This document shows positions 47,513 to 57,230 of a stretch of 64,000 nt of DNA, piece by piece (the stretch's first letter is position 1; the number at the start of each line of letters is the position of its first letter). Origin of the DNA: Microgenomates group bacterium GW2011_GWC1_46_15 (GTDB taxonomy: Bacteria; Patescibacteriota; Microgenomatia; UBA1400; UBA12028); the NCBI GenBank assembly GCA_001002285.1, contig LCLX01000001.1, forward strand, positions 30-64,029, in the 5' to 3' direction. Made by a program: the position numbers and the translations under genes. The notes beneath the pieces are model-generated. The model was not told where the DNA came from and searched no databases. It was given only the letters and a program-made list of their open reading frames with translations.

Positions 47513-48268
47513 TCAAAATCCTGGGATCTGCAACACCGTGATCCCTATTGTTTTTAATAGTACCATCGAAAAGATGATGAAGAGTAACCCGCTTACCGCC
47601 GCGGTAATTTTATTCTTCGCTTCTTCCGTCGCTTTTGGGTCACCTTTGCTTGTTGTAAGTTGAAAAGCGGCCGCCAACGTCTTGAGGAGTACGATGCCCC
47701 CGCCCATGCTAAGTGCGAGGCGGACAAAGGCGGTGAGGATTCCATTTGAGTCTGTTGGAATGCAACCGATCGCGGTCCAAACACCATCTTTATTTGAACA
47801 ATTTTCACACTGGATTCTTGCAGTATCGTCGGAAACCCGGGCACAGAGTTTAAAAGAGGGGGTATTCCATGTCAATGGATCTTCGGTTTTGTATAGACAC
47901 ACAAAAGATCCATCTGCCGTTTCTTTTGGGATTGTATTTGCGTCACGACAGTGCTGGCTTCGGAGTCTTGTGACTTCATACCTAAAACACGCTGGTTGTC
48001 CGTGCTCACCGCAATCCGGATTTGGAGAGCATGTACATACCCCGATTGCGCCAACTCCGAGACATATTTTTGTGTCTGGTATTTCTGTTGGATCTGTACA
48101 TATGGCAACACACCCAAATGGTCCGCAGTTCGGGAGACCTGATAATCCACAAATATTAACGCCGAGACATGAAGACGCTTCTACTGGGGAGAGGTGACCT
48201 GAACGGAGGAAAAGTAGAGATGTTGCGAACATGGAAACGACAAACAAAATAAATGTATTCACTTTCAT
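47513..48268 (-). CDS. secreted Cys-rich protein fused to a pilin-like C-terminal module (possible minor/tip pilin or adhesin)
   Basis: 251 aa; signal peptide; about 20 Cys in N-terminal 170 aa; C-terminal LLKTLAAAFQLTTSKGDPKATEEAKNKITAAVSGLLFIIFSMVLL matches pilin paralog motif. Confidence 0.5.
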   Translation of the reverse strand: MKVNTFILFVVSMFATSLLFLRSGHLSPVEASSCLGVNICGLSGLPNCGPFGCVAICTDPTEIPDTKICLGVGAIGVCTCSPNPDCGEHGQPACFRYEVTRLRSQHCRDANTIPKETADGSFVCLYKTEDPLTWNTPSFKLCARVSDDTARIQCENCSNKDGVWTAIGCIPTDSNGILTAFVRLALSMGGGIVLLKTLAAAFQLTTSKGDPKATEEAKNKITAAVSGLLFIIFSMVLLKTIGITVLQIPGF

Positions 48269-48331
48269 ACTTTTCGTATTTTACAATGAAAAAGACAGAC
48301 ATACTACAAGATATTATGTTACCCTTACTTT

Positions 48332-50089
48332 ATGTCGCCCACTTTTCGCACACTCATTGTTTTGCTCGCACTCGTTCTGTCTTTTACCCTCGTTTATTCT
48401 GTCTCTTTTGCTCTCGACTGTGCTGGCGACTCTACATGCGTAAGTATCCAACAAGATATTGATAAACTTGCTGAAGATCTCAGGCTTAGTGTCAACGCAA
48501 CCACCCCTTTAGAAAAACAAGTCGCCGGTCTTACGTCGCGCATCAACGCGGCACAGGCGGAAATCAACAAGGCAAAGAAACAAGCGGATACACTTGCGCG
48601 CGGGATCCAAGACCGCGAACAAAGCTTAGCTGAGCAATACGCAATCTTTAAGCAACGTGTGCGCGATCGGTACAAGCGAGAAAAAACATTCTCGCCACTC
48701 ACATTGCTTTTTTCTTCAAGTACGGCGACTGAGTTTACCCGGCAGATTGGGTATTGGGAAACGCTGGAACGACGAGATCAATCTATCATCCAGTCGGTTG
48801 GTGAGGAAATTCTGCAGTTGGAAACGGATAAGAAAACGTTGGAAGTAAAACAAGGACAGTTGGCCGAGCTTCAAAAAAATCTGGACAAGCAAGCGGCGTT
48901 TTTTAAAGGAGAAATTTCAAAAGCAAAAGCATATCAAGCTGAGTTGAGTGGGAAAATCGCGGTGCTTTCTGCCCGCCAGCAGGAAATTTTATCTGAGAAA
49001 ACCGGAACGTTTCAAACTACGGTTGGTGACGTACCGCTGGCCGATGACTTTAACGCATCGCCGGCGTACAACCCCGGGTTTAGTCCTGCATTCGCAGCGT
49101 TTTCGTTTGGTGCTCCACACTTTAAAGGTATGAGTCAGTACGGAGCGTACGGTCGTGCGAAGTCGGGCCAAAACGAAGAGGATATTTTGAAAGCCTACTA
49201 TGGCAACGTGCGGATCGAAACTGTAGATACGGGCGGCAACATCAATACATCGTCCGGGAGCATGAATATCGAAGACCGCTATCTCATGGGCATTGCTGAG
49301 ATGCCGTCGTCCTGGGACGCAAATAATCTCGCCGCGCTCAAAGCACAGGCCATTGCCGCGCGGTCATACGGTTTGGCGTACGTTGGGTGGCGGATGGGAA
49401 GCAGAAGCGTCAAAAGTTCCATTTGCACATCAGAAAACTGCCAAGTATGGAGTTCAAGTAAGGCAAGCAGTGCGCCGGATAACTGGAAGCGCGCAGTCCA
49501 AGAAACACGTGGGAAAATTGTAGTGAGCAACGCGTCTGGTGAAATTGTGAATACTTGGTATGCGTCAACATCCGGTGGCTATCAGGAAAGCTACTCGAGT
49601 CTTGGTCACTCGACCCCGGGCTTTTGGGACACAAAGAACGGCAGAAGCGGGTGGACAAGCGACGCATACGAAAAAATTGGCGGAAGCCCATGGTTTTACA
49701 AAGCGTGGTACAAGTCGCGGTCCGGCGATGCGTGTGGTCGGTCGCACCCCTGGCTTACACAAGAAGAAATGGCGGATGTCTTGAATGCTTGGGTGGTTTT
49801 GCAAGCAGGTTCGGATGACCGCGTTTCACCGCTTGGCGGATGTTGGGGTGGTAGTCCGTACTCTATTGATGAGCTCCGCAACAAGGCCAACGAAAAAGGC
49901 GGGGCGTTTACATCGGTTTCAAATGTTTCGATTGAGTACAGCGAAGGTGGATACACCGCCAACGTGCGGTTTAGCACAAATAAGGGGGATGTCAGCATTT
50001 CCGGGGCAGAGTTTAAGAAAGCATTTAACTTGCGTGCGCCCGGAAGAATTAGCTTGAAGAGTGGCCTTTTTTCGATCGAGAAGCGGTAA
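48332..50089 (+). CDS. SpoIID/LytB domain protein with N-terminal coiled coil
   Basis: YLMGIAEMPSSWDANNLAALKAQAIAARSYGLAY...CTSENCQVW...WYASTSGGYQES. Confidence 0.75.
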   Translation: MSPTFRTLIVLLALVLSFTLVYSVSFALDCAGDSTCVSIQQDIDKLAEDLRLSVNATTPLEKQVAGLTSRINAAQAEINKAKKQADTLARGIQDREQSLAEQYAIFKQRVRDRYKREKTFSPLTLLFSSSTATEFTRQIGYWETLERRDQSIIQSVGEEILQLETDKKTLEVKQGQLAELQKNLDKQAAFFKGEISKAKAYQAELSGKIAVLSARQQEILSEKTGTFQTTVGDVPLADDFNASPAYNPGFSPAFAAFSFGAPHFKGMSQYGAYGRAKSGQNEEDILKAYYGNVRIETVDTGGNINTSSGSMNIEDRYLMGIAEMPSSWDANNLAALKAQAIAARSYGLAYVGWRMGSRSVKSSICTSENCQVWSSSKASSAPDNWKRAVQETRGKIVVSNASGEIVNTWYASTSGGYQESYSSLGHSTPGFWDTKNGRSGWTSDAYEKIGGSPWFYKAWYKSRSGDACGRSHPWLTQEEMADVLNAWVVLQAGSDDRVSPLGGCWGGSPYSIDELRNKANEKGGAFTSVSNVSIEYSEGGYTANVRFSTNKGDVSISGAEFKKAFNLRAPGRISLKSGLFSIEKR

Positions 50090-50143
50090 CTCGCCACGAG
50101 CGCTGTAAGATTTGGACTTTCCACCTCATGGTACAATATCCTC

Positions 50144-50902
50144 ATGTCACCGGAAATTTTCAACGCAAAAACAGCAAGAGCGGGAACACATTCCCAGAAA
50201 AAGATCGGGACTTCAACAACCACCCCGCAGTTTCACCCCCACGCTCAACAGCAACCTCAGTCCCACTCCCAACCTCAGCACCCTCACCATCACCGCAGAG
50301 CCGAGGACTACAGTACAATCATCGCTTCTCACAAACCAAGCACAAACTCGCTCGCCTCGTTTGCAATCCGTCCAGCAGGAGTAACGTTTGACTCCCAAGA
50401 ACCCGATGAAGAAGTGCTTCTTTTCCTCCGTCAGCACATCATTATCAACATTCCTTGGCTTATTGCCGTAGCACTCATGATTATCACACCGCTCATTCTT
50501 CTTCCGTTCTTTTCTCCATTCAAATCAATTCCATGGAACTTTCAGTTTGTGCTCGTGTTGTCGTGGTACTTGCTCACCGCCGGCTTTGCGATCGAAAAAA
50601 TTCTGATGTGGTTGTTTAATTCCTTTATCATTACCGATGAACGCATGGTGGACATTGATCTCTACTCGCTTATTTTTAAAGAGGCAAACTACGCTCAGAT
50701 CGATAAAATTCAGGATGTAACCGTCAAAACCGGTGGTGCGCTCAACTCACTGTTAGACGTTGGTGATGTATTTGTGCAAACCGCCAGTGAAGTTCCGGAG
50801 TTTATATTTGATAACATTTATCATCCTACAAAAGTTGCGAAACTCCTCAACGAACTCATGATCGAAGAACACCGCGAAGAGTTAGAGGGGAGGGTCAGAT
50901 GA
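50144..50902 (+). CDS. membrane protein with H/Q/P-rich N-terminus and bacterial PH-like C-terminal region
   Basis: 252 aa; two TM helices followed by about 100-aa domain. Confidence 0.35.
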   Translation: MSPEIFNAKTARAGTHSQKKIGTSTTTPQFHPHAQQQPQSHSQPQHPHHHRRAEDYSTIIASHKPSTNSLASFAIRPAGVTFDSQEPDEEVLLFLRQHIIINIPWLIAVALMIITPLILLPFFSPFKSIPWNFQFVLVLSWYLLTAGFAIEKILMWLFNSFIITDERMVDIDLYSLIFKEANYAQIDKIQDVTVKTGGALNSLLDVGDVFVQTASEVPEFIFDNIYHPTKVAKLLNELMIEEHREELEGRVR

Positions 50903-51159
50903 ATCAGCTCCCAGTCAGCCAATTTGTTTCTTTTTTCTCGAATCCACAGAACGCAACAAGCGCGGTGTTGGGCACCATGAAAATCCTCATCGTGCTTGTT
51001 CTTTCACTCTATCTCGTGTTTGGCGTTGTTATTCTCCGCCAAATTTCACTGATGACAAAAACGGTAGACACCCCGCTTACCCCCAAGATCAAGTTTCTTG
51101 GATATATCCACATGATTTTTTCAATCCTCGTATGGTTATGCGCGATTGTATTATTGTAG
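50899..51159 (+). CDS. small membrane protein
   Basis: 86 aa, two TM, 4-nt overlap with upstream gene. Confidence 0.3.
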   Translation: MNQLPVSQFVSFFSNPQNATSAVLGTMKILIVLVLSLYLVFGVVILRQISLMTKTVDTPLTPKIKFLGYIHMIFSILVWLCAIVLL

Positions 51160-51171
51160 TATGATGCGTTT

Positions 51172-53034
51172 ATGAGCTTCTCAACCGCTCCAGTTGTTGG
51201 GATGCCGGACAACACTTCTTGGCCGCAGGTATTTCAGCACTACACAGAATCCACCCTTTTTGTTTCTGCGTTTGTTATGAGCAATGGCGGTAAAGCGCGC
51301 ACATACGGCCACGCATTCATTGAGCGGTTAGAGAAACTTCAATACAACAATGTTGCGGAACTTTCCTCGCTCCTTGAGCAGGCATACATGGAGTTTGAAA
51401 AACACATCAAATCGTTTTCTGCCGGATATTTTGAACATGCTGGGCGGGTGGTCGTGTGGTCAGTAAAGCAAGGTACAGTATTTCTTCAGCGGGAAGAAAA
51501 GTTTGGAAAAGTACTGCAAAGCGATGAATGGAAGGTAACCGAAGGAAAGGCTCAAAAGAATGACACATTTTTTTGCGGAACAGACGCGTTTTCTTCGCTG
51601 ATGCCACTACACACGCATGAAAAAAATAGAAACATGCGCCCCGATGCGCTTGCCGAACTATTGGCTCAGCAGATTCAGTCGCACGCCGATACCGCGCGCA
51701 TTGCGGCATACGTTGTACAGTCAGGTATTGCTGTATCATTCGCGCCAATCCCGGTGGAACCGTCATCGGCGAAAGAAGAGGAAAAGGTTCCTCCGTATCT
51801 ATACTACTCTGGCGATCAACCAACTCAGACGAAAACCGGTCGAGGTACCGCACAGTTTAGCATTGGTGTGATGTTGCGCGCATTTTTTTCAACTCTCCAG
51901 CGCATCCCGTTTTTCCGCCGCCAAAGTGTGTATGTACGCTCTTTATCAAAAAAGAAAAGAATAGCGGTCGTTAGCGCTATGTTGTTGGTCATACTGCTGA
52001 TGCTGATTGGCATTGGGTGGACTAAGCGCCAGGCGTCACTCAGAAATCAACACGTGCAAACTCTTCTTGCCCCGTATCAACAAAAAATGAATGAAGCCAA
52101 GGCAAAACAGGGCATTGATCTTAGCGCGGCGCGTATCTTGGCAAAAGAGGCGCTGACCGGCGCGCAGTCAACACTCAACGAAACTTCGAAAAAAAAGCCG
52201 GAGTACAAAAGCATTTCAGTGTTTGTAACAACTGCCCAGCAGTACTTTGACTCGATTTCCGGCGAAAAACATTTCGATAGTTTGCCGGTGTTTTTTAACT
52301 TTCAACTTGTACAGTCTGGGTTTTTGGCAAAAAAGTCTGCAGTTGTGGGCGAGACTGCGGTATTTCTCGATACAGAAACAAATGTTGGCATCTCGCTGAA
52401 CTTGCACTCTAAACAATCCGCGCGCATGGAAATGGGGGACATTGCTACGTCGCGCGATATTACCGCGGAAGATAAACATATCATTGTGTTGGGGAGCGAC
52501 GCGCTCTATCTCGATGGGAAGAAAGCACTCGAAGGCATTGATTCAACAAAAGACCCCGCATTTCTCTCAAGCTTTGGCGGGAATGCGTACGTGTTTTACC
52601 GCGGAGATGGTACACTATTGAAACACGTAAGCAGTGGGAGCACATTTTCTACTGGCACAAACTGGATCCGTTCCGCGCTTGGTTTTCAAAAAGACACCGC
52701 AACATCGCTCGCGATTGATGGCAAGGTGTGGATAGGAACAACCGATGGGCGGATCATCGTGTTTTCGCAGGGGACGCGGTTTTCGTTTACGACAAAAGGA
52801 CTTACGGAACCGTTTGCCAGCGCGGTGATTGTGTACACCACGTCCGATCTTCAACACGTCTATGTGTTGGAAGCGGGTAAAAACCGTGTTGTTGTGCTGA
52901 ATAAAGACGGAACGTATGTTGCCTCATACTTTGCGCCAGAGTTAGGAACAAGCACAGGTGTGCTGATTTCTGCTGACGAAAGCACCGTGTATTTCCCCTC
53001 TGGCTCGGTGGTATATTCGCTAAATCTCAAGTAA
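51172..53034 (+). CDS. hypothetical membrane-spanning protein
   Basis: 620 aa; central TM; no confident motif. Confidence 0.35.
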   Translation: MSFSTAPVVGMPDNTSWPQVFQHYTESTLFVSAFVMSNGGKARTYGHAFIERLEKLQYNNVAELSSLLEQAYMEFEKHIKSFSAGYFEHAGRVVVWSVKQGTVFLQREEKFGKVLQSDEWKVTEGKAQKNDTFFCGTDAFSSLMPLHTHEKNRNMRPDALAELLAQQIQSHADTARIAAYVVQSGIAVSFAPIPVEPSSAKEEEKVPPYLYYSGDQPTQTKTGRGTAQFSIGVMLRAFFSTLQRIPFFRRQSVYVRSLSKKKRIAVVSAMLLVILLMLIGIGWTKRQASLRNQHVQTLLAPYQQKMNEAKAKQGIDLSAARILAKEALTGAQSTLNETSKKKPEYKSISVFVTTAQQYFDSISGEKHFDSLPVFFNFQLVQSGFLAKKSAVVGETAVFLDTETNVGISLNLHSKQSARMEMGDIATSRDITAEDKHIIVLGSDALYLDGKKALEGIDSTKDPAFLSSFGGNAYVFYRGDGTLLKHVSSGSTFSTGTNWIRSALGFQKDTATSLAIDGKVWIGTTDGRIIVFSQGTRFSFTTKGLTEPFASAVIVYTTSDLQHVYVLEAGKNRVVVLNKDGTYVASYFAPELGTSTGVLISADESTVYFPSGSVVYSLNLK

Positions 53035-53043
53035 AATACGGGC

Positions 53044-53493
53044 ATGCAAATGCTCATTGAAAACCGCCGCGCACGGGCGGAGTACACCATTGTTGAAACC
53101 TTTGAGGCGGGAATTGTGCTTTCCGGCCCCGAGGTCAAAATGCTTCGTTTAAAGAGGGGTGGTCTTGTTGGTGCCCACGTGCGGGTGATGCAGGACGAAG
53201 CGGTATTGTTGAACGCCCAGATTCCAGCATATCCATACGCTCGGCAGGAAGAGTACGATCCAAAACGCACACGAAAGCTGTTGCTCCACAAACACGAGAT
53301 TTTAAAGCTGAAGCAGTCGCAGGAAACAAAAGGCTCGGCGATCATTCCGTTGTCTATAGGGATTTCACATGGATTTATGAAGGTGAAAGTTGCGATTGCC
53401 CGCGGAAAAAAGCAGTACGAACGGCGTGAGGAGTTAAAGAAGCGCGACTTAGCGCGGGAAGTCGAACGGGTGACGAAGAAGAGGATGAAGTAA
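53044..53493 (+). CDS. smpB: SsrA-binding protein
   Basis: RARAEYTIVETFEAGIVLSGPEVKMLR...LLLHKHEILKL. Confidence 0.9.
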   Translation: MQMLIENRRARAEYTIVETFEAGIVLSGPEVKMLRLKRGGLVGAHVRVMQDEAVLLNAQIPAYPYARQEEYDPKRTRKLLLHKHEILKLKQSQETKGSAIIPLSIGISHGFMKVKVAIARGKKQYERREELKKRDLAREVERVTKKRMK

Positions 53494-53498
53494 AAAAC

Positions 53499-53981
53499 TC
53501 ATTGAGCGAGTGGATCACGAGGATTCGCAATGTGAGGGGTATTTTCAGCGATTTTTTCCTGAACGTCATCGACAAGAAAATAGCCTTCACAAAACACACC
53601 ACCCCCAAATCTAACACAGCGAACATCGACAGCTCCTTTATTTTTTAGAACAATTTCTGCATATGTTTGATGCAATGGAAGTTCTCCAATGTCATAAAAT
53701 ATGACGCACAATGCTCCGCAACCCCCTCTATCTTGATGAAAAACGATGTCATACGTATGAATAGTCCCAGCACCAAACTCTCTATCCAGTTGTTGAGTGA
53801 TGCCGAGACATAGGGAATCTACAAAATCTAAAACCCTGGGAGGACATGTTAGAACCTCTCTCGGTTTTTCCGGCCTACGGAAGAATCTTCCAACACTTCT
53901 CCCAATTTCTCCTAAGGCTGCTCGCATATATTCCTTTCCGGCAGGATATGGTACAACCCTCACATTATCGCACATCATCAA
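53499..53981 (-). CDS. hypothetical Cys-containing protein
   Basis: 160 aa ORF between smpB and tmRNA. Confidence 0.3.
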   Translation of the reverse strand: MMMCDNVRVVPYPAGKEYMRAALGEIGRSVGRFFRRPEKPREVLTCPPRVLDFVDSLCLGITQQLDREFGAGTIHTYDIVFHQDRGGCGALCVIFYDIGELPLHQTYAEIVLKNKGAVDVRCVRFGGGVFCEGYFLVDDVQEKIAENTPHIANPRDPLAQ

Positions 53982-54080
53982 TCCATTTCAAGTGGAGAGC
54001 TCCTCAAGTGGGAACGCAGAAAGACCCCGATAACGGCTGGACTTTTGAGCTGTTTTCTGATATAGTGCACCTCAAGTTAC

Positions 54081-54483
54081 GGGGATGAATTGATTCGACG
54101 TAACGAGCTCTTTACCATCTGCAAGCCGTTTTGGACATAACGTAAAAATTCCAAAATACATCTGCAATTTCAACATTACAGAACTTGGTCGCGAAGACCG
54201 TAGACACAGCCAAAAGCCTAGTCTTTGGTTCTAACGTCCAACTCGCAGGCGTTTTCGCCTAAGAGCATTCATGCCGTCTTTCTCACTGATGGAGCGGTAT
54301 GGGTGGAAACACAGTCAGTGTGGTAGCGAGTGCTCGAACGCGGCATTCGAATAAACTTTAGCGTTAGGGGAAAAAGTATGGTTGGTTTGCTTCCCGCTTT
54401 TTCCTTCACCAAAAGCATTCTACGCTTGTAGACGATGATAGATTTCTCTTACGGACCGCGGCTCATTACCGCGCATCTCCACA
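54081..54483 (+). ncRNA. ssrA: tmRNA (ssrA)
   Basis: 5' GGGGATGAATTGATTCGACG matches tmRNA 5' consensus; 3' strand CATCTCC pairs with 5' GGGGATG giving the G3:U70 wobble of the tRNA-Ala-like domain; T-arm-like CGCGG/CCGCG; CCA not fully encoded; adjacent to smpB. Tentative tag ORF ...AGVFA* ending 54260. Confidence 0.65.
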
Positions 54484-54603
54484 CAAGAACGCAGTTCCTG
54501 TGGGATGCCCGAACGCAAGTGAGGGCGCCACCACCACAATATAAAATACAGATAAACCAAGCGCGCAACGCCTGATGGATGACCCACGAGTCATCCACTC
54601 ATT

Positions 54604-55212
54604 TTATTGAAGACTTGCTTCCTCTAAGTATTGTTTGATTTCTTTTTGGTTTGTTTTATGTCCGGGCATATATAACACATCTTCTGAGTAATCAATATCT
54701 TCAAAGTATGCGAGTTGCACTCGAAAAAATTTTTCATTAAATTCTACTCCAAACAACACATCTGCTTGTGTGGCAAGTTCACGAAGAGAGAACTGTTTTA
54801 GTAAGAAAAAGAGATCAACATAATCCTTCCATTTTGCCCGTTTTCCCAAAGCAAATGCTTTCATTGCACCCAGCGTTAATAAGCTAGGTAATGTAATCAC
54901 ATTATCAAAATCTTTTTCGAATTTGATAGAGTATGGAAAAGAATAAAAAGTCAGTTTAACCTGATTCACAAGCACCGTTAACTCATTTTCTCCCTGAATA
55001 TATGTATGTTCAATCTTTGCTGTTTTGTGGATCTGAGATTTGACGCGCTCAATATCAAATGTTCGTAGAGTAAATAAATCGAAGTCAATTGACCTACGAT
55101 GGCCAAGATATAACGCAATAGCTGTTCCACTAACGAGACCAAACTGCGGAGTAAACACCGCAATCAATGGCAAAAGTTTTTCTTGGTTCTCGCTTAAAAT
55201 GTTACGATGCAT
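54604..55212 (-). CDS. AbiEii-like nucleotidyltransferase family protein (ORF track start 55308)
   Basis: LVSGTAIALYLGHRRSIDFDLF matches GGTAL..R.S.DIDF nucleotidyltransferase motif; AT-rich. Confidence 0.55.
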   Translation of the reverse strand: MHRNILSENQEKLLPLIAVFTPQFGLVSGTAIALYLGHRRSIDFDLFTLRTFDIERVKSQIHKTAKIEHTYIQGENELTVLVNQVKLTFYSFPYSIKFEKDFDNVITLPSLLTLGAMKAFALGKRAKWKDYVDLFFLLKQFSLRELATQADVLFGVEFNEKFFRVQLAYFEDIDYSEDVLYMPGHKTNQKEIKQYLEEASLQ

Positions 55213-55459
55213 ACTTTTGAAAAAAACGCATAAAATAGTGTTGTACTTCTGGAAGATAATTTGTACGGCGCTTACTATTCGTTTTGCGGAAAATCTGTGC
55301 AGTTTCACGCGACCCCTTAATCCTAATGTACGTTTTTACGTCCTCCCAATTCCCATAATTCAACACATGCTCAAGCACAAACTCGTCCGACAGTTGACCC
55401 GGATCTTTTACATACCAAGCTAAATATGGCTTTTGCTTTATAATGTCTTGAATAAACAT
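55202..55459 (-). CDS. hypothetical small protein, possible cognate partner of the nucleotidyltransferase
   Basis: Starts MFIQDIIKQKPYLAWYV; overlaps downstream gene start by about 11 nt. Confidence 0.3.
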   Translation of the reverse strand: MFIQDIIKQKPYLAWYVKDPGQLSDEFVLEHVLNYGNWEDVKTYIRIKGSRETAQIFRKTNSKRRTNYLPEVQHYFMRFFQKYAS

Positions 55460-55506
55460 ACGAATAGTATAACAAAAAACAGCTGGATTTGGAGAAGAGT
55501 TACATT

Positions 55507-56178
55507 TTAAAACGAGTGGGCGAGTACCACGCCCCACACTTCTTTTGCTCCCGCTTTCTTTAAGACCTCGCACGCAAGGGACAAAGTAGTGCGAGTGGTT
55601 GCAACGTCATCCACCAATCCAATTTTCTTCTTTTGAACATCTTTTTTATGCAGACAAACAAATCCTTGTTGGAGGTTCTGTTTACGATCATCAACTTTTA
55701 ATGATGCCTGCGAAGCTGTCTCGCGGATTTTTACCAGCGCATCTGTAAGCACGGGTGTCCGATTGAGCCTTCCTAAATGGTGAGCAAAGAGTTCGGCTTG
55801 GTTAAACCCTCGCACTCTCAGCTTTTTTGGATGCATAGGAACAGGAATAAGCGCATCAAACGACGGGGCAAAGTCGGGCCAGTGAAGCGAAAACATACTA
55901 TATGCCTCTCGGGCGGCATCACACACGCGGGCATACTTAATCTTTTTCATGAGATCAGAAGCGGGCTCGCGGTACTGGACAATAGGGATAAAACCATCCA
56001 AACCAAGCGGGGATCGGCAGACGTCATGCGTTTTTCCATCGTTCGTTGGCCGGTCGCAGATTGGACAGAGCGAAAAATCAAAATACCGCAACTCTTGTTT
56101 GCATAAATCGCACAGATACGATCCCCATGCGTCACACGAGGCACACCGTTTTGGAAACAGGAGATCATCAATGAACAT
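55507..56178 (-). CDS. comF: ComF family protein (phosphoribosyltransferase-type competence protein; ORF track start 56277)
   Basis: N-terminal zinc finger CASCDAWG...CDLC...CPICDR; C-terminal PRTase motif IGLVDDVATTRTTL. Confidence 0.75.
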   Translation of the reverse strand: MFIDDLLFPKRCASCDAWGSYLCDLCKQELRYFDFSLCPICDRPTNDGKTHDVCRSPLGLDGFIPIVQYREPASDLMKKIKYARVCDAAREAYSMFSLHWPDFAPSFDALIPVPMHPKKLRVRGFNQAELFAHHLGRLNRTPVLTDALVKIRETASQASLKVDDRKQNLQQGFVCLHKKDVQKKKIGLVDDVATTRTTLSLACEVLKKAGAKEVWGVVLAHSF

Positions 56179-56288
56179 ATCCGCACTGTATACCGCCGAT
56201 CTTACAACGACCTTACGAAAATGAAACTGCTCAACGCATTGGGAGTTGGGGAAAACTCTGCGGATGTTCTGGTACAATACACATGCCT

Positions 56289-56374
56289 GGAGAGGTGCAG
56301 GGAATGGTTATCCGGACAGTCTTGAAAACTGTTGCCGCAAGGCATTGTGGGTTCGAGTCCCACCCTCTCCGCCA
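56289..56374 (+). tRNA. tRNA-Ser (anticodon TGA), type II with long variable arm
   Basis: GGAGAGG...anticodon loop CTTGAAA...GGTTCGAGTCCCACCCTCTCCGCCA. Confidence 0.85.
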
Positions 56375-56391
56375 ACTTATTGGAATAACCT

Positions 56392-56476
56392 GGAGGGGTC
56401 GCCTAGTGGTTTATGGCAATAGTTTACTAAACTATCAGCGCAAGCTACCGTGGGTTCGAATCCCACCCCCTCCGCA
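56392..56476 (+). tRNA. type II tRNA, Ser-like, apparent anticodon ACT (loop TTACTAA); CCA not fully encoded
   Basis: GGAGGGG...GGTTCGAATCCCACCCCCTCCG; anticodon stem ATAGT/ACTAT. Confidence 0.7.
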
Positions 56477-56767
56477 ATATGAAAAACTCAAAAATAGAAT
56501 TGTTCACGCATAGTGGTGAAACACTCGCAGTAATTTTTCAAGAATCATATACAGTTGTCCCCGGTGTTGTGTGTGATGTATAGAACTAACAATTACTCAT
56601 CGAGATGGAATGGAGTCTGTTTTTGAGGTTAGTCCGGAACATGAGGGTTTTTCTCATCCAGTTGAAATTGGAGAAATCATGCAATGGCAAGCTGATGAAA
56701 ACGAGAGTCTAGTGGTTTTTGAAATCTGTTTTCCACCCTATCAAGATGGTCGTTTTGAAAATCTACC

Positions 56768-57214
56768 CTAAACCACCACACGCTCCAGCGCTTTCCGCAT
56801 ATCGGGGTTTTTAAAAATCTCAGTGGATTGAAGAATTTCTTCTTTTGTGAGCCAAAGCACTTCAAAAATATCTTCATATTGAGCAGGGTTTTTTGTCACG
56901 TCAACCGTTGGTTCTCCAATCAATGTACATTGATATCCCGAACACACAATACGAATATTTTGCTCTGATGTATGAAGGACAAAATCCCAACCACCTACAG
57001 GACGTTGAATTTCAATGGTAAGTCCGACTTCTTCCATGACCTCGCGCAAGAGCGCGTCGTGTGATGACTCTCCAGGCTCAACGCCTCCACCTGGAATAGT
57101 GTGGAGGATTCTTTCGAGACCGCGATCAACAACTTTTTGTTTTACGATCAGAATTTTTCCGGCATAAACAATAAACGCCTTCACCGAAGGGCGGATTCTG
57201 ACGATAGGTTTCAT
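56768..57214 (-). CDS. NUDIX hydrolase (ORF track start 57265)
   Basis: Nudix box GGGVEPGESSHDALLREVMEEVGL. Confidence 0.75.
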   Translation of the reverse strand: MKPIVRIRPSVKAFIVYAGKILIVKQKVVDRGLERILHTIPGGGVEPGESSHDALLREVMEEVGLTIEIQRPVGGWDFVLHTSEQNIRIVCSGYQCTLIGEPTVDVTKNPAQYEDIFEVLWLTKEEILQSTEIFKNPDMRKALERVVV

Positions 57215-57230
57215 ATCAATATGTGTTCCC

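Noticed and set aside
50144-50330. H/Q/P-rich stretch that looked like a repeat element
   Set aside because: It is an in-frame low-complexity N-terminus of a membrane protein, not a nucleotide-level repeat.
54500-54540. Alternative tmRNA 3' end at GCGCCACCA (54527-54535)
   Set aside because: No T-arm precedes it, and the upstream CATCTCC end gives proper acceptor pairing with the 5' GGGGATG including the G:U wobble.
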